DNA of 63,792 nt, counting the filler, from Reticulomyxa filosa (lineage: Eukaryota; Protista; Foraminifera), in NCBI GenBank assembly GCA_000512085.1. It is 22 parts of 22 records of this genome, joined end to end, with 100 filler letters (N's around TTAATTAATTAA, not from the genome) between each part and the next. Parts side by side here need not be neighbours in the genome. Positions count along the whole stretch, not along the records: positions 1 to 1,959 come from ASPP01023593.1; positions 2,060 to 3,272 come from ASPP01000200.1; positions 3,373 to 11,521 come from ASPP01027477.1; positions 11,622 to 15,444 come from ASPP01004996.1; 18 more parts are not named here. One strand, written 5' to 3'. Shown here piece after piece: positions 1 through 13,292 of the stretch. The first letter of the stretch is position 1. Each line of letters opens with the position of its first letter. Made by a program: the position numbers and the translations under genes. Under the pieces are notes generated by a model, which worked only from the letters and a program-made list of their open reading frames with translations, did not search any database and had not been told where the DNA came from.

Positions 1-130
1 GCCTTGGGAATCCTATGCGAAGCCTTGGACCATTGTGAACATCCATCGAGCGTGTGTGGTATGTATAACAAACCAAAAACAAGAGAAAAAATGTTTGCGA
101 CAATAATAAAAAAAACAAAAAAAAAAAAAA

Positions 131-1345
131 GTGAGAATTTGGTCCAGTCGTAAGATATTTCAAACTGGTATATTATTCGTAGTAATCTTCGGACTGTGTC
201 CTGTGTTATTTCATTATCTGTGCCTAGTGTTCATTCTGGAGAGCTACTATTCATTAGCGGTACTATTGACAAGGACAAGTTTAGTGTCATTGTATGCAGT
301 ATGTGTGCATCAAGTGCAGTACGAGCTGACAGTGAATAACAACAACCCAACGACATCGGGCTTTCGCAAGCACGTGCCCAGCCCAGGCGACCGCGCCTAC
401 TTTAAGCCATTTGCGAGGCAGATTATTGCTCCTTTGTTCCAAGCAGCTGCCCAGTTCATTGTCGCGCAAAAAGTGCGATTTCGCGAGATTACGACCACTA
501 CTGAGTCGCAACTGCTTCAATCCCCTAACTTTGTCTTTGATTTATCATCCAAACAGTCGCAACAGATTCAAGTACAAGTGCAAGAGCAACACCAATCGCA
601 ATCTGTACAAGCGCAAGGCGATGACACGATTCAAACCAGATTACTATCAGTTCATTCCAATCGTGGACTTGTTCAAACAATCAGAGATTACAATTCCATT
701 CTTTTAGAACGTTGGGATAGTTGGATGACTGTGCATTGTCTCGTAATCTTATTCTTTGGTATTGCTGAGTTGCTTGTATTTTGGGTTGCATATAATCCTT
801 ATCAGTTCATTGCCAAACGTAGTCCGATTTTGTCAGATTCTTCTTCGTCGTCGGTCTCCACGCAAGGTCTTGCTATGTTTATTGCAATTGCTATGAGTCA
901 TTTGCTTTGTGTAGCTCTATCGATTGCATTGGCGTGGTTACACATCACTAATTTACTGTCGCACATGCGTACGTTTTTTGATTGGGCGCGAAAGCTGGCG
1001 ACATTGGATAACAAAATCAAAGCGAATTCTCCGCAACATCGTGCATATTTGGACTTTGATCGACATTGCTTTTTGAGGTGCTTGGAAGAACTTTGTTCTG
1101 ATTTTTTGACTGTTCGCTTCATTCAAACACGCTTTGAAAGCCCTATTGCCGATGTCATCAATTTGTACTTATTTGGGCATGTCTTTCAATCTGATTTCTG
1201 GACAGACCAATGTCCGACTAGAACAATCCAATCGTGGAAACCAATAACACTTGAGTACAACAATGAACTTCCATGTTACTATTCAGGAGATGAAAGTCAA
1301 ATTATATCGTTACTTAGGCAGATATGTGCTTTGTGCTCAGATTGA
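131..1345 (+). CDS. Hypothetical multi-pass membrane protein, 3' exon (5' partial; probable upstream exon at 1-58)
   Basis: 404-codon open frame with several hydrophobic segments (e.g. ILFVVIFGLCPVLFHYLCLVFIL, LVILFFGIAELLVFWVAY, LAMFIAIAMSHLLCVALSIALAWL) and a Gln-rich loop; GTATGT donor at 59. No family recognised. Confidence 0.6.
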   Translation: MRIWSSRKIFQTGILFVVIFGLCPVLFHYLCLVFILESYYSLAVLLTRTSLVSLYAVCVHQVQYELTVNNNNPTTSGFRKHVPSPGDRAYFKPFARQIIAPLFQAAAQFIVAQKVRFREITTTTESQLLQSPNFVFDLSSKQSQQIQVQVQEQHQSQSVQAQGDDTIQTRLLSVHSNRGLVQTIRDYNSILLERWDSWMTVHCLVILFFGIAELLVFWVAYNPYQFIAKRSPILSDSSSSSVSTQGLAMFIAIAMSHLLCVALSIALAWLHITNLLSHMRTFFDWARKLATLDNKIKANSPQHRAYLDFDRHCFLRCLEELCSDFLTVRFIQTRFESPIADVINLYLFGHVFQSDFWTDQCPTRTIQSWKPITLEYNNELPCYYSGDESQIISLLRQICALCSD

Positions 1346-1959
1346 ATTTCAAAACTATGTGATACTGATATTGTTTGTCTTAAGTCTGTTTAAAACATAT
1401 ATATAACATATTTTAGTTGTACAAATTCTTTATTTTTTGAAAATTAAACAATAAAAATATATTTGCACCTATTCTGTTTTAATGTCAAAAGTAAACTATA
1501 TTCGCAAATTAGCGTACGAACAAAATCCAACAGTGTTGTAAGAAATAAAATAAACATTATTTACATAAAACATATTAGAATATGAATTACAACAACGAAA
1601 TAAAGTATGCAATATCAAAAGATTATTACATATTTGTGTATATGTAAGATTAAACTAACGAACTTACTTGACCAATGTAATGTATGAATATTGTGACGAC
1701 TACCTTTAATCGAAGGAACTTAGTTTAAAAAAGCAACTTCAGTAAAAGGAAATTAAATTAACAAAAATAATTTCAACACAATAAAGGAAAACAAGTAAAG
1801 AAGACATAAAAGCGAGTTGCGTTGTGAATATGATTTTAACACACAGCGGGTCCCACTGTTCAATTAGTATTTGATATTGTATAATATGTACTTGTATAGT
1901 AATTACAGTATGTTACAAAGAAAACTGAAAGCCTAAAACGATATCATATGATGATAATT

Positions 1960-2059
1960 NNNNNNNNNNNNNNNNNNNNNNNNNNNNNNNNNNNNNNNNN
2001 NNNTTAATTAATTAANNNNNNNNNNNNNNNNNNNNNNNNNNNNNNNNNNNNNNNNNNNN
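1960..2059. other. Artificial contig linker N44-TTAATTAATTAA-N44 (first of 21; others start at 3273, 11522, 15445, 18102, 19265, 20919, 22019, 24993, 26174, 30111, 31432, 33353, 36223, 37411, 38731, 47328, 48436, 51224, 57588, 62572)
   Basis: Identical 100-nt spacer with a six-frame stop 12-mer recurs between unrelated sequences, and genes are cut off at its edges. Confidence 0.99.
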
Positions 2060-3423
2060 TTTTTTTAACTGATTGTACTATTTTTGGCGCAATAATGGTA
2101 TTTTTTTTTATCATATCTTTTTTTTTTACTTTAATAAGGCAATGAAATTGTGTTCAATTATCATGGATCATATTGTATTTAAATCAAACCAATTAGTTTT
2201 ATTTTTTATGATAAGAATACTTTTTCTTTATTAATTGTTGCGTATACTTTTTGGTAAGACTTTTTATTGTGTAGGTAATATGAATCATATAATAAAACTA
2301 ACAAGAAAAATATATTCATTAGGTGACGCACAATTTGCAAACAATTTCTGCTATTTCGAAACATCAAAAAGACAATATATTGAAAAATTTTGTCGCCTTC
2401 TGGCTTGCTATTTGTTCTTTCATGCAGTTATAGCTATCGTGGTAAATGTGACAAGGTTCTGATTTGTAAATATTCTATCCCTTTTTGCTTTGTTGATTTG
2501 AAGGGTTTTTTATTATTATTTAACTGGCATTTTTTGGTTATAGTTTCAATGTTGGAATCACATCGCAAATGGATAACTATTATAAAAAAAAATCTATTTT
2601 CTGAATTATTATCAAGAATGTGTTGTGTCAGCAAAAATTAATTTTGTTGATGCAAAACCTTGATAGCCTACAATGCAAAAGTAAAATAATTTTTCATGCC
2701 AATATTCCTTTATTTTTTTATTAAAAAAGCAATTAAGTGATTTACTTCTTTTTACTTTGAAAAATCCAATCTATGATATGTGTTAAAACAGTCAGTGCGT
2801 GAAGCTCAAATTTAGATAGCACGAATAGTGTACGTAGTAATGACAAAAAAATACCATAAAAGAAAGATTTTCTGTTTTCAATGGCAAATATCAGATAATG
2901 TAACTGCAATAATATATTTTATACTTTGATATTTTTTATGAGTTTTTTTGAAGTCATATATATAACGACTTGTAATTTACTGCTTTCAATCTAAAACTAA
3001 GCCGCCAAAAAATGAAAATTTGTATTGACCGTTTTGGAAAGCTAAATCACATTATACAAAAATAGTATATTAAATCTAGAGAACAAGCTGCAATTTGTAA
3101 TTATGACGAATATGAGTACTTGTGTCAATCTTTCAAAGCATATCATTGAATAATGTACTTACTTGTTATTTTTTTGAATTTCTCCAAATTTTGAAGATAG
3201 TTTATCCAATAATTATAACACTTCTTTTCATTTATCGAATCGAAGATATATTCAGTAAAATAGAATCTAGTANNNNNNNNNNNNNNNNNNNNNNNNNNNN
3301 NNNNNNNNNNNNNNNNTTAATTAATTAANNNNNNNNNNNNNNNNNNNNNNNNNNNNNNNNNNNNNNNNNNNNTATATATATATATATGTACATATATGCA
3401 TATATGGACATAATTTCGGTTCC

Positions 3424-4213
3424 AACTTATCATTTTCCAATTGTTTGAAGGGAATGTAAAAATCAGACACGGCAGCGGCCATGAAGAGAACGACAGGAAT
3501 GGTGGCGAATTCGCCAACGAGAAGTTGAGAGAGGACTTGGCAGCACTCGATGCAATAGAAGAAGTAGTCAGTGACGGTTTCAAAGGGGACCATGAGCAAG
3601 CGCTTTCCATCTCGCACGTGCTTTGTGTACTCTGCATACGCGCGTTGCAATGTAGAACGGACGTCCTTGCCGGGGATTTCGATCGACAGAGTGGCTCCAT
3701 CCTTCGGCTTGGCACTCTGTTTCGCGACGTCACTATCGCCACCATTGCCACCATCGCTTTCATTGCTGCCATTGTCGTTGTGGTAGTTTGTCGAATTGAA
3801 GAAGCCCAAGTCAAAGTTCCTTTGACCTTTGGGCAGCAAGTGTCGCAAGTACGGATATACCGTCTGTCGACGATGGATGAATATCACGTTCACTCCACTT
3901 TCCAAAAAGTGCTCTGCACAGGCCGCACCACGAGAACCTGTGCTGAAGTTGTCAATATATCGCACCGTGTTGCGCTCCAATGGCACGGTGGTACCTCCTG
4001 ATGTCACTACCACAAAAGGACGACGTGACTTATTTTTTTTTTTTTTTTGCTAGCCTCCATGTCAAAAGACTTTGCACAAAGTGAGTGAACCTCGTTATGG
4101 ACACATAACTTTTTTGTGAAAGGACACAAATTCTCTCAAGGCGATTTCCACTTGTTTCAAATCCTTTGGTGCTGGCCATTCTTCCAGGAATTCAAAGACT
4201 CCTCATACACCAT
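3424..4213 (-). CDS. PPCS: Phosphopantothenate--cysteine ligase (CoaB/PPCS/CAB2 family), 3' truncated
   Basis: Motifs [37 protein letters not shown] and [12 protein letters not shown]; upstream exon [30 protein letters not shown] spliced in phase 0 (intron ~4110-4029). Exact start uncertain. Confidence 0.92.
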
Positions 4214-5169
4214 TGCTTTTTTTTTTTTTCAATATTATAAAATTTTTTTTAAAAATGGGGGAGACACACTGAGGGGTTTGCTGTTTTAAGTTACAAGTTG
4301 AGCAAAAACAAAAAATAAACAACTCTTGCGAAAAAACGTGGCGTGAAATTTTTTTTAAGTTAACGAAAATCACAAGGCTCAAACTTTTGCGAAAATTAGT
4401 AAAAATGAAATAAAAATCAAATGAAATTAAAAACTACATTATTTGTAGATAATCAAAATATTGATTTTCATGAAATTAACAAAGACAATGACGACAACGT
4501 TACGCTTTTTTCTAACCAACTTTAAATCTATTTTATTGTATGGACAGACTTTTTCTTTCCACAAAAAGTGTCAAAGATATGTTTCGCAACTTATTGGTCC
4601 TTTCAAAAGGGATAATGCATAACTTTGAAACATCAAAGAAAAATGTATTATTTATCAATAAATATCCAAACAATAGGATAGACACCCGAAATTTGAATGA
4701 ATTTATTAAGTAGAACATTTCATGGGCACAGATGTAAATAAAAATAGGCATGTGTTGAATTTACAAAAATGGTTTTATTTGTTATGAATTATTTTAAAAA
4801 AGTTACTATAGAATTATAATAGTAATAAGATTTTAATGTATTGCAAATTTAAACAGCGATTTTAGTTGAGTATGATTTATCATACAAAAAAGCTGCTATC
4901 TTAATGAAATGCTTTTGATTTGTCAGTGACTTTTTAATTGTTGAACTTCAATGAGTTTGCATAAAATAAGTCGGAAACATATCTCTAAGAAAAGTGTTTG
5001 TTGCTGTTTTCTTTTCTTTTTTTCCAAATATCCTGGTTTAAAGTCTTTAGTTTAGTTGCATTTATGAATTTTGTTCCTTTGGTCAGCACTTGTCTGAAGC
5101 TGAAAATAAGAGTGATTACAAGTGCATTTATTGTCTTTTGGAAATAAAGTCAGGTTTAGAATAATTTTT

Positions 5170-5615
5170 TCCGTTTTTCCATCACCTGATGGCCACAAAA
5201 TTGTATCAGGGTCAAAGGATAAATCTGTTCGCTTGTGGGATGTATTATCTGGTAGGCATATTTGCCCTTTCGAAAGACACTCAGATTTTGTCACTTCTGT
5301 TCAATTTTCATTTGATGATTCCAGAATTATATCAGGCTCACTTGATAAAACCATCAAGCTGTGGGATGTAGCATCAGGTAAACGACTCCAAACTTTGGAA
5401 GGGCATTCAAAAGATGTTACTTCTGTTCATTTTTCATCTGATGGCTCCAAAATTGTTTGTCCTCAAATGACAAGCAATCTGAGTCGGATTTTCGGGACGA
5501 AATTATCAATAAGAAACAGTGGAAGTGTATTTGGCAAGGTGGCATTTGGACTAGGGCAAAAGGCTTGACTCTGCTACAGATGTCAGTTGTAGAAGACTAC
5601 GGAGGAACTTTTTGA
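5170..5615 (+). pseudogene. WD40-repeat gene fragment
   Basis: FPSPDGHKIVSGSKDKSVRLWD, FSFDDSRIISGSLDKTIKLWD, LEGHSKDVTSVHFSSDGSKIV; no ATG, and the frame breaks after the third repeat. Confidence 0.8.
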
Positions 5616-5929
5616 GAGTTGTTATTGTGTTTACCACTTTTTTTTTACCAAACTACGAAACTTTGATATAAAAATCAAAATTTTTCCAATTCCATTTTGA
5701 ATTTTTATTCGAAATGTATTACAGGTACAAATACTTTTTCCAATTTCCTTATTCCAAACAACGCGTAGACTTTTAATCCAATTATACTCTCAAAAATAAA
5801 CCTACTTTTTAAAGCTGAAATGAGTTCATCAAAGCGAGATGTGTCGAAGTTTGTTCTTTATTGCTTAGAGTGGTCATGCTTTTCACTTTTTTTTTTTTTG
5901 TTCTACTGAAAGTATTTTAAGGGGCTTGA

Positions 5930-6039
5930 ACGCAAAGATTAGAAGGTCATTTTGATACGATCACTGGAATAGATATTTCACCATATGACAAAAAAATTGT
6001 ATCATGTTCAGATGATAACACAATTCGAATCTGGGAATG
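5930..6039 (+). pseudogene. Isolated single WD40 repeat remnant
   Basis: Manual translation QRLEGHFDTITGIDISPYDKKIVSCSDDNTIRIWE* (too short for the ORF track). Confidence 0.75.
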
Positions 6040-6691
6040 AAAAAGATTACAAAACAAATATAATTAATTTGTTTTTTTTTTCCATATAATTTCCATGTTT
6101 TTTTTTTCCTTTGGTTCACATCAAATGCTTTTCCAAAAAAAAAAAAAAATTTGAAATCCATTGAATGCTCTTGGCGAAAACGAAAAATACAATGACAGCG
6201 GCAAAAATGAAGCAAGTATGACGTGTGGAGTGAAGAATAATATCAAAATTGCATCATCAATATTTTCTTGTCATGATAAAATAGAGTACTAGATGAGAAA
6301 ATACTACAACTATTTAAATTTTTTAAAAAAAAAAGGGGACTTTTTTTCACATCCCTTTTAAAAAAACTAAACATTATGATTATATCTTCTCTTGGTCACA
6401 AGAGAAGACAATTTCACTATATTATCGTATCTTGCAAAAAATGACTGAAAGATTGTGATATTTTTTGTCAAAAAAAAGTTTAAAAGAGTGTCTCGCAAAA
6501 AAAAGGAAATTCTACTAGTTACCCATTCCACTTTCTCTATCTCAATGTGTGACCAAATTATTATCTTTAAATATGGTCTTGATTTTGTTTCAAAAAATAT
6601 TTATTAAATTGATAAAAGACGAAATACATTTTTTGTTATATGATCATTTTAGCTTAACAAAAAAATTTCCTCTTTTTTATTAAACATAAAC

Positions 6692-8428
6692 TTATTCTCC
6701 TAAATTTTTTATTTTTATTTTTCTTTCCAATGTTCTTCCACTCCATTCTCCGAATATAGCACTGCATATCCTCCATGACTCTTCAAAATATTTTTTTGCC
6801 ATTTTCTTTTCTCCTGCTTTTTTAAAAGCAAATCCCAAATTCTGACAACATTTTTCAACTCTTACATCCAAATTTCCAAATATACCTTCACTTGCTTTCA
6901 ATGCATTTTTAAAACATTCAATTGATTTATATGTATTCTCCTTCCTTATCATAAACAAATCCCAAATTACTAAATGAAGAAATAATATCAGAATGACCAT
7001 ATTCCCATTTATTCAAGTAAATTGTTAATGACTTTTCATAGTATTCAAACGATTGATCGTATTCTCTTTTCTCTTTATAAATATGTCCCAAATTATTGTA
7101 CAAATTGGCAACATCAAGATGATCAGACCCCAATTTATTCAATATAATTTTCAATGATTTTTCGTTATATTCAATTGCTTTGTCATATTTTCCTTTATTG
7201 TAATAAACAAGTCCCAAATTATTGTATGAAGTAGCAACATCAGGGTCATCAGATCCCAATTTATTCAATCTAATTTTCAATGATTTTTCGTTATATTCAA
7301 TTGCTTTGTCGTATTCTCCTTTTTCTCTATAAGCACATCCTAAATTGTTGTATGAAGTAGCGACATCAGGAATGATCAGACCCCAAATTATTTAAACTAA
7401 TTTTAAAATCTTTTTCATAATATTCAATTGCTTTGTCATATCTACCTTTATCTGCATATGCACCACCTAACCAAGAATAAGAATTAGCAATATCAATATG
7501 AGAATCATGTAATGTTTGCAATCTAAAACAAAGTACAAAACGAAATAATTGAATTGCTTCATTACATTTTGAGATTTCTAATAAACTTTCTCCCAATTCC
7601 ATTACATTTTCTATATCAATAGGCCAAGGACAAGTAAAAACATGAGAATAGAATTGACAACGAATAACAGATTTATTAGTGTAAATAAGTTGTTGAGTAA
7701 TATGACAATTTCCAAATCCATCAATAATACAATCAATAGCATAAACACATCCATCAATTATAATATTATCAAATATAACTTTTTTTGAATGGAATGAAGA
7801 AACAGAATATGATCCAATGATCAATTTCTTTTTCATGTATTGACTTGAATTAATCATCATTGAGAAAGGGATATTTTTTTGAGATAATTGATAATTCGGT
7901 TTTGCCAATTGTTCAATATTTGTAGCAATAACAATAATTCCTTGTTGTTTATTATTGATCATTTCATTCACCATCTCATGTGCTTTTTTATTTGCTTTAT
8001 TCCATGAATGATCTTTATCAAGCTCAATATCCAAACTTTTATATTTCACGATATTATAAACTTCATCTTTTTTCTCCTCTTTTAGACATTTCTTTTCATC
8101 ATCATCATTATCTATTTTATTAATCAATTGATATTGCTATTTTGTTTTTAACGTAAACAATTGAATGAAAATAGAAACAAAACTTTGAATAAAATGAATA
8201 AAAAAAAAAAACAGGTTTCTCTTTGAATGCAATTCTTAATTGTTTGTTACTGGTAATATCTTGGCCATTATTGTCAACAATTTTAAAATGGGATGCAGTG
8301 TTTCTTGTTTTATTGTTAGTTGTATTAATAATCTTTATCATTTTTTCTTTCAATTTTTTTAATCTTAGAAAACTGATTGTCACTTTATGCACTTCTTTTT
8401 CAAGATAAACAAAGGCTTTGTAAGGCAT
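6692..8428 (-). pseudogene. TPR-repeat protein (42-aa kinesin-light-chain-like TPRs), broken by at least two frameshifts
   Basis: Repeats of type LGSDDPDVATSYNNLGLVYYNKGKYDKAIEYNEKSLKI across ORFs 7366-8127, 6927-7280 and 6692-7000; single extra bases near 7370 and 6932; first exon from ATG 8428. Either a pseudogene or sequencing errors. Confidence 0.8.
7015..7440 (-). repeat. 126-bp tandem coding repeats (TPR units)
   Basis: The block taattttcaatgatttttcgttatattcaattgctttgtc occurs at ~7145 and ~7271, 126 bp apart; more diverged units flank it. Confidence 0.85.
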
Positions 8429-8740
8429 TCTTTTTTAGTTCGTAGTCAGTAGTTATTATAAAGCGAAAAAGTTCTGTGCAGCCCCAGTTTTTAAAAAACT
8501 ATATTTCAGTTCTCAAGCGATACATTTTTTTTCTGATCAGTGTTTACCTTTCAAAAGTACATCACTCAAGTGTATATTTTCTTAAATGCATTCTTTGCAA
8601 TTATTTTTTTAAACGAAGTAATTTTAGAGAAAACTTCATGATATAATTCATATGCAAAATAATACTTATTTAACAATAAATTTGCAATAATGATACTGTT
8701 TCTCAATGTAAATTGAATAAATCCATAAACTGTTAAAGAT

Positions 8741-9090
8741 AACAGCAACCAAACAATTTAATGTATTCAAAGGACATAATGGTTGTGGGATATTCGATCT
8801 GGTCAGCAAATTCACGTATTCAGTGGACATACAGGTTGGGTTACGGCTGTTGAATATTCACCATTTGTAGTAAATAATAAAACAATTTGTGGAAATTCAA
8901 ATGCTCTGGATCAGTAGACAATACAATCCGTTTTTGGGATGTTCGATCATACAAAAATCAACTGTATGTGATCAAAGAAAATAAAGGAATAATGTGTCTT
9001 ACATTTATAGAATTGAAACAAGCAAATGGTGATAGTTGTGTTAATTTATGTTATGATTCAAACAGTGATCTAGTTCGTATTTGGGGATGA
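8741..9090 (+). pseudogene. WD40-repeat pseudogene (second subfamily)
   Basis: Frameshifted pieces KQFNVFKGH / LWDIRSGQQIHVFSGHTGWVTAVEYSPF / CSGSVDNTIRFWDVRS...NLCYDSNSDLVRIWG*. Confidence 0.85.
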
Positions 9091-10957
9091 ACACATACTA
9101 ATGAACTGTTTTTTGATTTGATTATAAATTTTTGTAAAGTGAAAAGATAAATGCTTATTTTGATGTTGATTTTTTAATTTATTCATTTTTATTGGAGTGT
9201 CGATTTGTTCAAAATAAAAAAAGGGTTTTGAAGTTTATTTTGTCATTATGCTTGTATAACTTCAAGAAGAGTTTCTTAAGATAGCTGAAGGGCTGTCTTA
9301 AAGGCCTGTGCAGTGCACTGAAAATGCTGAGGAGATAAAAGATGTCTGACAATAGACTTATACGTATTTTCCTTGATAATTATCATTATATGTTTTAATA
9401 CAATAACAACAATATTTAATGGATTATTTGAAAGTTTTGGCAGAAAACTTAAAATGACAATAATATCAGATAACGAAATACAATTTTGTGTTGTGAGAAA
9501 TTGAACTATTTAAAAATGATTATTACTAAGTATTGTACAAAATAAAAAAAAGAAAAATTGAGGAAACGAGAGAAATGTGATATGTAATGATATTATCAAA
9601 TATGGATTCGCCAACAACATATACTTGGAATTCAATGTTTGAAAGTACTTGATGCAAATCCCATAATTGGATCATGTTATCATTTGCACATGGGATAATC
9701 TTGGAAACAAATTATTTAAATAACAAATATGTTTGAATTTATTTTTTGTGAGAAATAATAATTAAATTTTCAAATAAGGCCTGTTTTTACTTTTTTATTA
9801 ACAATAAATGCTTTATCCACTTCTCATATGATTTCAGCCTTTAGAATATATTATCTTTTTTTTACCTTTAAAAGTGAAACAACTTTGTGACTAGAATTCT
9901 CTCATAATTTATTTGTATTTGCTGTACATATCAAAGAAAAAAATGTTCATTGAAAACATCATATCTAGTTTATTGTAAACCACTTTGTAGAATAATTAAA
10001 TACTAATACATTCATTACAAAGGAAACAAATTGATATATACTCAAATTGTTGAACTTATTAAAAGATACCATCAGCTAAGCTTAAAACGGAATAAAACAA
10101 ATTCTTCATCTTATCACATTCGCATATGCTTATTTCTTTCTAGAGTTTTGATCTTTATAATGTGTATGAATTGATACTTCCAAACTAGGAAAACATACTA
10201 TATTCTCAAAAACTAAATATAATGTTTATCTCCAGAGCTGAACCAATAGTTAAACTTGGTTCCAAAAAAATATTTGAAAAAGAAGTACAAATTTTCAACT
10301 TAATTCACTTTTTTTTTGTTGTACAAAATTAATAAGTAAAACGTCCCAAAAACGTAAAAGGGAGATAACAATAATGCTAGTTGAAAAAAAAACTTGTGCA
10401 TTTTTTTACTCTTCGCAATCATCTGCGTCATAGTTTGAAAAACATTCCTGTCAGAAACTTTTTGTTTTCAAAATACAATTCGGTAAAGTGAATGTTTAAT
10501 TTTTTGTTTCTTCTTTTTTAATTAGTTAAAATATTTATATTCACAATAGGCACCCAAGGTGTGTAAAAAAGGTTTTGCTTAGAGATTTAAAAATAGAACA
10601 ATTTTGTTAGATCGCCCGCAAAAGCACATTTACCACAGTGTTTTTTTTCTTTCCTTAAAAAAAACTCTACATACATGTTTTTAAATAAAGACATAATTAC
10701 AACGAGACGAAAGAGTTTGAGATTAGTTTTATTTTTGTAGTTATAGTAAACTTTGTGTTTTGATAGATAATGGCCAGTGGTGAGCATCAGTTAGCAATGC
10801 CATTTATGACAAGCCCGACAAGATATTATGAAAATTCTATCAATAACAAGGACATAACATTTCTTGTATACTATCAAAATACAAGTTATAAAGTCCAATT
10901 AGTAATATATATGATTTATGAAACAAAGGAGATGTATAACTGTATTTTAATAGGCGA

Positions 10958-11521
10958 TATGAAGTGTAATGGAGGAATGCAAGATAGCAACAGCAACAAT
11001 AATAATCAAAAATACGTAAAAGAGATCAAAACGTTGGTTCGATTATTTGGAGATTCCATCACCGAAGAAGAGTTAAAACAAAAAATAGAAAATCATCACG
11101 GAAATATCGAAACTGTGATTAAAGATCTTGTCCAGCAATCAATTGAAAAAGAGGTATTTAAGTAACAAAATAAAAAACTATTTTTCCAATGATAAAATAT
11201 TTTATTACTTTACTCAAACATAAAAAAAAAAAAAATAAAGAGCAAATCAGAAGAAGAAGGAAAAATCAATGAATTGAAGAATACAGAACAGGTAACAAAA
11301 AAGAAATCATTTTATTTTATTTGATATCTCTTTATTTGAGATGATGAATAGAAACAAGAACAAGGGAATACAGTAAAAGAAGTTAATGGAAGTAACAAAA
11401 GTGTCCAAAAGGAAACAGAAAAAACAGAAATAGGAAATACAAAACCGGGAATTAATTTACAAGGATATTGTAGCAATGAAACCTGTTTGGCATCAAAAGC
11501 CAAATTACCAGTATGGATAAA
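10958..11521 (+). CDS. Hypothetical protein with an N-terminal helical (UBA/CUE-like) segment and a Cys-containing domain, 3 exons, 3' truncated
   Basis: Exons ~10958-11152, 11241-11291, 11352-11521 bounded by GT..AG; YVKEIKTLVRLFGDSITEEELKQKIENHHGNIETVIKDLV and KPGINLQGYCSNETCLASKAKLPVWI. Confidence 0.65.
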
Positions 11522-11686
11522 NNNNNNNNNNNNNNNNNNNNNNNNNNNNNNNNNNNNNNNNNNNNTTAATTAATTAANNNNNNNNNNNNNNNNNNNNNNN
11601 NNNNNNNNNNNNNNNNNNNNNCCCCCCCTCCTTCTTCTCCCTTTTTTTTTTTTGTCAATAAAAATGTAATAAAAAAAAAAAAAAAG

Positions 11687-13252
11687 GATTGGTACGATGG
11701 GCTACGTTCGTTCCTGAGACTGATCTGCGGTCGAAACTGGCTGGGCGGGTGGTTGTTACCTCAAGAGCATTCGTACTTTGCCATTGCTCTGCCGCATCGT
11801 TGGTGGCTGTTTGGCGTGGACTATTCCCTCACGGACGACCTGGATACCCACCAATTCCAATACTTTGCCAGAATTGTGGAGCTGTATTTCAGCAAGGACG
11901 TGAGCCTCGACAAGGTGATCATCCTTTCACATTTGCCGGATTGGATCGTCAACGACCATGAAAACCAAAATTACGGGGCCAATCTCAGATATCTCTGCCA
12001 ACATGTTTTGCAAGGACGTATTAAAGCGAGATTGTGCGGAGACATTCATAACTATACCAGACATGAACCAATCAAATCTCAATGGCGGTTAATTTTTTTT
12101 TTTTTTTTTTCGTATACGTTTAAAAACTAAACGTACATCATACGTATACATACACGTGTGTGTGTTTTTTTTTTTTTTTTTCCAACATAAAATAATTTGT
12201 TGATTGCTACATCAGCCCCAAATCGAATAACACACTAAAAAGAAGTGTGTCCGTACCCAAACACATGAACATCGAAGACGACAAAAAGCTGCCCCAATTA
12301 AAGTCGCTGGACCATGAGCAAAGCACTCCCGACAAAACGTACGACGAAGTGGCTGGGGACACTTGCGGGCCTGCGCTGATAGTGTCCGGAGGAGGGGGCG
12401 CGTTTTGCCACCCCACTCACGTCCCTTACAAAAAACCGATTGACGTGGATGGCGTGATGTACGACCGCGTAACAGAGTATCCATCGATCGAAATATCAAA
12501 AAGCTACGCAGCAAAGAACATCTTTGGATTCCGACGCAGGAATCTCAAGTTTGACCTGTTGGGCGGATTGATGTACTATCTACTCGTGTTTTCCGCATTC
12601 CCGCTGTGCGATTTGAACATTGACAGCACTAAAGAAAATTGGACCGTGTATGACGGAGTGAAGAAATATCTGGCAGTGTTGGGACACACGATTTTGGAAA
12701 TCGTGGAAAGGAGTTATGTGTCTGTAACGGCCTTGTTCATTGGCTGGTTGCTAAGTGTGGCCTTGGTCGATCGCACCTTACAATTTCGACATCGCTTTGT
12801 CATTGGCACTGCCCATGCGCTATTGCACTTTTTAAATGCCGTCTCCGTGCTGGTGGTCATGGAAATGACCATTGAGGCCGCCTTGGAAAACAAGCTTATC
12901 GGCAATAAAACTGCATTCGACACTTTTGCCGCACATTTCCCTTCCATTGTCAGCGTTTTAAAGTCCTTGGATGAACAATACACATGCGGCTGGATCTTAT
13001 ATCTATTAAGTGGCATTTTCAGTGTCGTCGATATCACCGGCTTTCATGTGTCCTTGCGCAAAACCATTTGTGATGCCAAAGTCAAACAAATTGAATTTTT
13101 ATTTCAAAAGTTGGAATTTCCATTGGCACTTGGTATTTTATATATGTACATACCACTTATGTAGATATACGTATTAATATTATTGTTTCTGTATTTATTT
13201 ATTTATTCATTTATTTATTTAAAAAAATAAAATAAAATAAATGATAATAAAG

Positions 13253-13292
<40 letters not shown>

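Noticed and set aside
1960-2059. Recurring TTAATTAATTAA motif as a biological repeat or CRISPR-like array
   Set aside because: Always embedded in exactly 44+44 Ns; it is an assembly concatenation linker. ORF ends such as XXX-LIN are artefacts.
2060-3272. Short ORFs on an AT-rich contig
   Set aside because: Composition-driven Phe/Ile/Lys-rich frames with no motif; treated as non-coding or unrecognisable debris.
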